Below, in pieces: positions 59,618-64,000 of a stretch of DNA of 64,000 nucleotides. The first letter of the stretch is position 1; every line of letters begins with the position of its first letter. The stretch spans positions 1,088,001-1,152,000 of the forward strand of contig CBDBMJ010000001.1 of assembly GCA_965207455.1 (NCBI GenBank), read 5' to 3'. Position numbers and translations under genes: made by a program. A model generated the notes under the pieces. The model was not told the origin of the DNA and searched no databases. It saw only the letters and a list, made by a program, of their open reading frames with translations. Source of the stretch: Bdellovibrionota bacterium (GTDB lineage Bacteria > Bdellovibrionota > UBA1018 > CAIPTA01 > JAALKR01).

Positions 59618-61045
59618 TTATTCCCCCGATCCACTGCTGCTTCCTATTTCCTCGCTGCCTCTATGCCCAGGCCTCTTATAACTTTTAGAGGCATCTCCTC
59701 CTCTATCATAAATAATACTTAAATTATATTGAGCTTTTTTGTGTCCCTGCTTTGCTGCTTTTTGAAACCAATGAATCGCTTCTTTACGACTCTCAGAAAG
59801 AATTCCTCCCTTTCCAAAATATATAAGAGCTAAAAAAAATTGAGCTTCTGCATTCCCCTGATTTGCTGCTTTTTCATACCAATGCATTGCTTTTTTTAAA
59901 TCTTTAGAAACACCTTCTCCTTTATAGTACATATTGCCTAATTTATATTGAGCATATTGAACTCCTTGATCCGCTGCCTTCCGATACCAACGAACTGCTT
60001 CCTTATAATCTTTCTTAGTGCCTTCTCCTCTATAATACATATCGCCTAAAATAAATTGAGCTTTTGCATGTCCCTGAGCTGCTGCTTTTCTATACCAATA
60101 AAATGCTTTCTTATAGTCTCGCTCAGTACCTCGTCCTTTCTTGTACATATTACCTAAAGCAAATTGAGCTTGTGTATTCTCCTGATCTGCTGCTTTTTTA
60201 TACAAATCAAATGCTTTCTTATAATCTTGCTCAGTACCTTCTCCTCTATAATACATACCACCTAAAATAAAGTGAGCTTTTGCATGTCCCCGAGCTGCTG
60301 CTTTTCTATACCAATAAAATGCTTTCTTATAGTCTCGCTCAGTACCTCGTCCTTTCTTGTACATATTACCTAAAGCAAATTGAACTTTTGTATTCTCCTG
60401 ATCTGCTGCTTTTTTATACCAATATAATGCTTTCTTATAATCTTGCTCAGTACCTTCTCCTCTATAATACATATCGCCTAAAATAAATTGAGCTTTTGCA
60501 TGTCCCTGAGCTGCTGCTTTTCTATACCAATAAAATGCTTTCTTATAATCTTGCTCAGTACCTTCTCCTCTATAATACATACCACCTAAAGCAATTTTAG
60601 CTCTTGGAAATCCCCACTTTGCTGCTTTTTTATACAAATCAAATGCTTTCTTATAATCTTGCTCAGTACCTTCTCCTCTATAATACATACCACCTAAAGC
60701 AGTTTGCCCCATCTCTGCTGATTTTCTATACCGATATAATGCTTGCTTATAGTCTTGTTTAACACCTTCTCCATAATGGTACATTCCACCCAAAATAAAT
60801 TGAGAATGCATATCTGCATTATCTGCTGCTTTTTTATACCAATATAATGCTTGCTTATAGTCTTGTTTAATACCTTCTCCATAATGGTACGCATTAGCTA
60901 ATCTATACTGAGAAGTACTATTTCCTTTATATGCCTCATCCTTATATCTAGCTACATTGCTTGCAGTATTACTGTAACCCGTATTGGATACAGTGCTAAA
61001 AACAAGTAACGTAACCAAATAAAAATTAATTCTATTTTTTTTCAT
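59618..61045 (-). CDS. Secreted Sel1-like repeat protein (about 11 repeats)
   Basis: Signal peptide; AQF.LG.MYY.GEGT.QDYKKA..WY.KAA.QG 36-aa repeats. Confidence 0.95.
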   Translation of the reverse strand: MKKNRINFYLVTLLVFSTVSNTGYSNTASNVARYKDEAYKGNSTSQYRLANAYHYGEGIKQDYKQALYWYKKAADNADMHSQFILGGMYHYGEGVKQDYKQALYRYRKSAEMGQTALGGMYYRGEGTEQDYKKAFDLYKKAAKWGFPRAKIALGGMYYRGEGTEQDYKKAFYWYRKAAAQGHAKAQFILGDMYYRGEGTEQDYKKALYWYKKAADQENTKVQFALGNMYKKGRGTERDYKKAFYWYRKAAARGHAKAHFILGGMYYRGEGTEQDYKKAFDLYKKAADQENTQAQFALGNMYKKGRGTERDYKKAFYWYRKAAAQGHAKAQFILGDMYYRGEGTKKDYKEAVRWYRKAADQGVQYAQYKLGNMYYKGEGVSKDLKKAMHWYEKAANQGNAEAQFFLALIYFGKGGILSESRKEAIHWFQKAAKQGHKKAQYNLSIIYDRGGDASKSYKRPGHRGSEEIGSSSGSGE

Positions 61046-61085
61046 TTTTGATTATCCTCCTAAAATTTAAACGCTCTTAATATAC

Positions 61086-61112
61086 GTATCGACAAAAATA
61101 CTGTGTTCTTTA
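61086..61112 (-). promoter_or_regulatory. sigma28/FliA-like promoter (copy 2)
   Basis: TAAA-N15-GTCGATAC. Confidence 0.55.
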
Positions 61113-61217
61113 AGCATCTTCTGAAAAAGAGAGAATTTTCGTCACAGAAACAATAAATACAAGAAATAGTTTTAAAAAACTCTTTGTTTGAGTTCCAATA
61201 TCGTGTATGAAAAATAA

Positions 61218-61427
61218 TCATGCATTTTGATCAAACTTCGTCTCCAATGAACTAACCTTGGAACTAAGGTGTACAATCTCCTCTTCAAGATTCACCGCTG
61301 GAGTAACCAACTCCTGAACACCCTTCATTTTAGAAAAAGAAAGAACTTCTTTTTTTACGAAAGCAGCACAATTAGTAAATAAACCTACAGCAAGACCCAT
61401 AAAAAGAACTGTGAAATATACATGCAT
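61218..61427 (-). pseudogene. Second truncated duplicate of the YbgF-like 5' end
   Basis: Identical translation to 59307..59516. Confidence 0.85.
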
Positions 61428-61528
61428 TATCAGTAAATTTTAGTAAATAATAATTTGCGCCAACTGAGGGTGTCATGTAAACGCAATTCTTAACTACCGC
61501 AGCTTATAGTCTCTACAGGCTCGCTCTC

Positions 61529-62956
61529 TTATTCCCCCGATCCACTGCTGCTTCCTATTTCCTCGCTGCCTCTATGCCCAGGCCTCTTATAACTTTTAGA
61601 GGCATCTCCTCCTCTATCATAAATAATACTTAAATTATATTGAGCTTTTTTGTGTCCCTGCTTTGCTGCTTTTTGAAACCAATGAATCGCTTCTTTACGA
61701 CTCTCAGAAAGAATTCCTCCCTTTCCAAAATATATAAGAGCTAAAAAAAATTGAGCTTCTGCATTCCCCTGATTTGCTGCTTTTTCATACCAATGCATTG
61801 CTTTTTTTAAATCTTTAGAAACACCTTCTCCTTTATAGTACATATTGCCTAATTTATATTGAGCATATTGAACTCCTTGATCCGCTGCCTTCCGATACCA
61901 ACGAACTGCTTCCTTATAATCTTTCTTAGTGCCTTCTCCTCTATAATACATATCGCCTAAAATAAATTGAGCTTTTGCATGTCCCTGAGCTGCTGCTTTT
62001 CTATACCAATAAAATGCTTTCTTATAGTCTCGCTCAGTACCTCGTCCTTTCTTGTACATATTACCTAAAGCAAATTGAGCTTGTGTATTCTCCTGATCTG
62101 CTGCTTTTTTATACAAATCAAATGCTTTCTTATAATCTTGCTCAGTACCTTCTCCTCTATAATACATACCACCTAAAATAAAGTGAGCTTTTGCATGTCC
62201 CCGAGCTGCTGCTTTTCTATACCAATAAAATGCTTTCTTATAGTCTCGCTCAGTACCTCGTCCTTTCTTGTACATATTACCTAAAGCAAATTGAACTTTT
62301 GTATTCTCCTGATCTGCTGCTTTTTTATACCAATATAATGCTTTCTTATAATCTTGCTCAGTACCTTCTCCTCTATAATACATATCGCCTAAAATAAATT
62401 GAGCTTTTGCATGTCCCTGAGCTGCTGCTTTTCTATACCAATAAAATGCTTTCTTATAATCTTGCTCAGTACCTTCTCCTCTATAATACATACCACCTAA
62501 AGCAATTTTAGCTCTTGGAAATCCCCACTTTGCTGCTTTTTTATACAAATCAAATGCTTTCTTATAATCTTGCTCAGTACCTTCTCCTCTATAATACATA
62601 CCACCTAAAGCAGTTTGCCCCATCTCTGCTGATTTTCTATACCGATATAATGCTTGCTTATAGTCTTGTTTAACACCTTCTCCATAATGGTACATTCCAC
62701 CCAAAATAAATTGAGAATGCATATCTGCATTATCTGCTGCTTTTTTATACCAATATAATGCTTGCTTATAGTCTTGTTTAATACCTTCTCCATAATGGTA
62801 CGCATTAGCTAATCTATACTGAGAAGTACTATTTCCTTTATATGCCTCATCCTTATATCTAGCTACATTGCTTGCAGTATTACTGTAACCCGTATTGGAT
62901 ACAGTGCTAAAAACAAGTAACGTAACTAAATAAAAATTAATTCTATTTTTTTTCAT
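61529..62956 (-). CDS. Secreted Sel1-like repeat protein (protein identical to 59618..61045)
   Basis: Identical 475-aa translation. Confidence 0.93.
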   Translation of the reverse strand: MKKNRINFYLVTLLVFSTVSNTGYSNTASNVARYKDEAYKGNSTSQYRLANAYHYGEGIKQDYKQALYWYKKAADNADMHSQFILGGMYHYGEGVKQDYKQALYRYRKSAEMGQTALGGMYYRGEGTEQDYKKAFDLYKKAAKWGFPRAKIALGGMYYRGEGTEQDYKKAFYWYRKAAAQGHAKAQFILGDMYYRGEGTEQDYKKALYWYKKAADQENTKVQFALGNMYKKGRGTERDYKKAFYWYRKAAARGHAKAHFILGGMYYRGEGTEQDYKKAFDLYKKAADQENTQAQFALGNMYKKGRGTERDYKKAFYWYRKAAAQGHAKAQFILGDMYYRGEGTKKDYKEAVRWYRKAADQGVQYAQYKLGNMYYKGEGVSKDLKKAMHWYEKAANQGNAEAQFFLALIYFGKGGILSESRKEAIHWFQKAAKQGHKKAQYNLSIIYDRGGDASKSYKRPGHRGSEEIGSSSGSGE

Positions 62957-62995
62957 CTTTGATTATCCTCCTAAAATTTAAACGCTCTTATATAT

Positions 62996-63022
62996 GTATC
63001 GACAAAAATACTGTATTCTTTA
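62996..63022 (-). promoter_or_regulatory. sigma28/FliA-like promoter (copy 3)
   Basis: TAAA-N15-GTCGATAC retained although spacer and flanks carry substitutions. Confidence 0.55.
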
Positions 63023-63359
63023 GGCATCTTGTGAAAAAGAGAGAATTTTCGTCACAGAAACAATAAATACAAGAAATAGTTTTAAAAAACTCTTTGTTTG
63101 AGCTCCAGTACCGTGTATGAAAAATAATCATGCATTTTGATCAAAAGTAATTTAACTTTTTAGAATGTTTCCTGACCCAAGAAAAAAGTATACCCATTGA
63201 GATTCTCCGCAAATGATTCAAAGGCTACATGATGAACATTTATTAGTTACAACACCGTATATGTTAAATTCAGCAGAACTAATAACTAGATTAGGATATT
63301 CAGCCAACAAAATGCTTTGCTTTTCTCGAAAAATTATATAGGGTAAATTCATCTCAAAA

Positions 63360-63629
63360 ATGAAGAATAAAATGATCATCAGACTACCCAAAGAACAAGC
63401 CATATTCCTCTATCAAATCTTAGAGTCCCACGATAATTTGGTGAATTACTCCACCCAAACCACAGACTCCACACTGGGCTACCGAGATATTGCCATCTAT
63501 ATCCCCTTAGGGCTGGAAGAGGAATTTGCCAACGTCCTCAAAAGCCTATCCGAACTGGACATAAAAATCATAGATCTACCACAGGCAGAACCCCCACAGA
63601 CGGAGTCCCCCGATAAGATCAAAACCTAG
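63360..63629 (+). CDS. Small protein, DUF4911-like
   Basis: IRLPKEQAIFLYQILESHDNLVNYST pattern. Confidence 0.6.
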   Translation: MKNKMIIRLPKEQAIFLYQILESHDNLVNYSTQTTDSTLGYRDIAIYIPLGLEEEFANVLKSLSELDIKIIDLPQAEPPQTESPDKIKT

Positions 63630-64000
63630 GGAACGGAAATCCGCCCCTCACGATCGGTACGAAAGATACTTATTTTCTCCCTCTCCAATCGCTGTAACAA
63701 AACCTTGTGAGGGTGCCCATAACGCCCCCACTTTCCCACACTAATGTACGCAAACCGAGGGTCCACCCATTGCAGAAACTCCAATGAACTACTATATTTA
63801 CTCCCGTGATGGGCTACTTTTAAATGCGTACTCTTTAAAAAATTAGGAAACTGCTCCATATATTTTCTCTCTAAAACTGTGGTACTGTCCCCTGTCAGCA
63901 ATAAAGATTTCCCCTCACCCATATAAAATTTGCAATAAGTGGAACTATTATTTGCCTTCGGCATTGTATCCATAATAAGGGGAATACAGTGCAAAGAAGG
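63626..64000 (-). CDS. comEC: ComEC/Rec2 C-terminal metallo-beta-lactamase domain (5' part outside window)
   Basis: LLTGD, LKVAHHGS, ISVG...RYGHPH, RTD..G. Confidence 0.85.
   Translation of the reverse strand, partial: PSLHCIPLIMDTMPKANNSSTYCKFYMGEGKSLLLTGDSTTVLERKYMEQFPNFLKSTHLKVAHHGSKYSSSLEFLQWVDPRFAYISVGKWGRYGHPHKVLLQRLEREKISIFRTDREGRISVP

Larger units (their letters stand above)
59060..63144. repeat. Tandem duplication, 1911-bp period, two units plus a third diverged copy of the ~265-bp promoter/leader
   Basis: Identical ORFs offset by 1911 (59307/61218; 59618/61529); leader block recurs at about 59060, 60971 and 62882. Confidence 0.95.

Noticed and set aside
59618..62956. 108-bp periodic repeats as a CRISPR array
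   Set aside because: They encode 36-aa Sel1 repeats in frame
45918..64000. comF, dprA and comEC as a dedicated competence island
   Set aside because: They are dispersed among unrelated genes and are common core genes

Overview
This AT-rich bacterial window has a gene repertoire that points to Bdellovibrionota/Oligoflexia (inference, from GYF_2/PilZ proteins, an FHA-GGDEF cyclase, a long LptC-LptA-type protein, TIGR02147/DUF4423-like genes and many orphan secreted proteins). The housekeeping backbone is hflC, thiolase-scoAB, pyrE, tRNA-Cys, queE, rpmB, pyrD, lon, a yejABE-like ABC importer, kdsB-pyrG-kdsA-kdsC-lptC/A-lptB-rpoN-hpf, comF, dprA and comEC. Four accessory blocks interrupt it. (1) 8.4-15.3 kb, next to the tRNA-Cys 3' end: a 12-repeat Ig-like/DUF285 surface protein, plus a divergent pair of paralogous small secreted proteins that share a FGFTGDSRG motif and homologous terminators and flank a dead IS. 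(2) 29-36.5 kb: a tightly coupled 4-gene operon (split TIGR02147/DUF4423-like regulator pair, orphan secreted protein, atypical LeuRS), two unexplained structured non-coding elements, a RhuM pseudogene and two orphan secreted proteins. (3) 50.5-53.3 kb: a lipoprotein whose subtilase-like domain appears to have lost all three catalytic residues. (4) 58.5-63.1 kb: a tandemly amplified Sel1-repeat locus (1911-bp unit) with sigma28-like promoters and one copy frameshifted in a TA tract. The best candidate for an undescribed system is the LeuRS-paralog operon. All family assignments were made by eye from motifs; no database searches were run.
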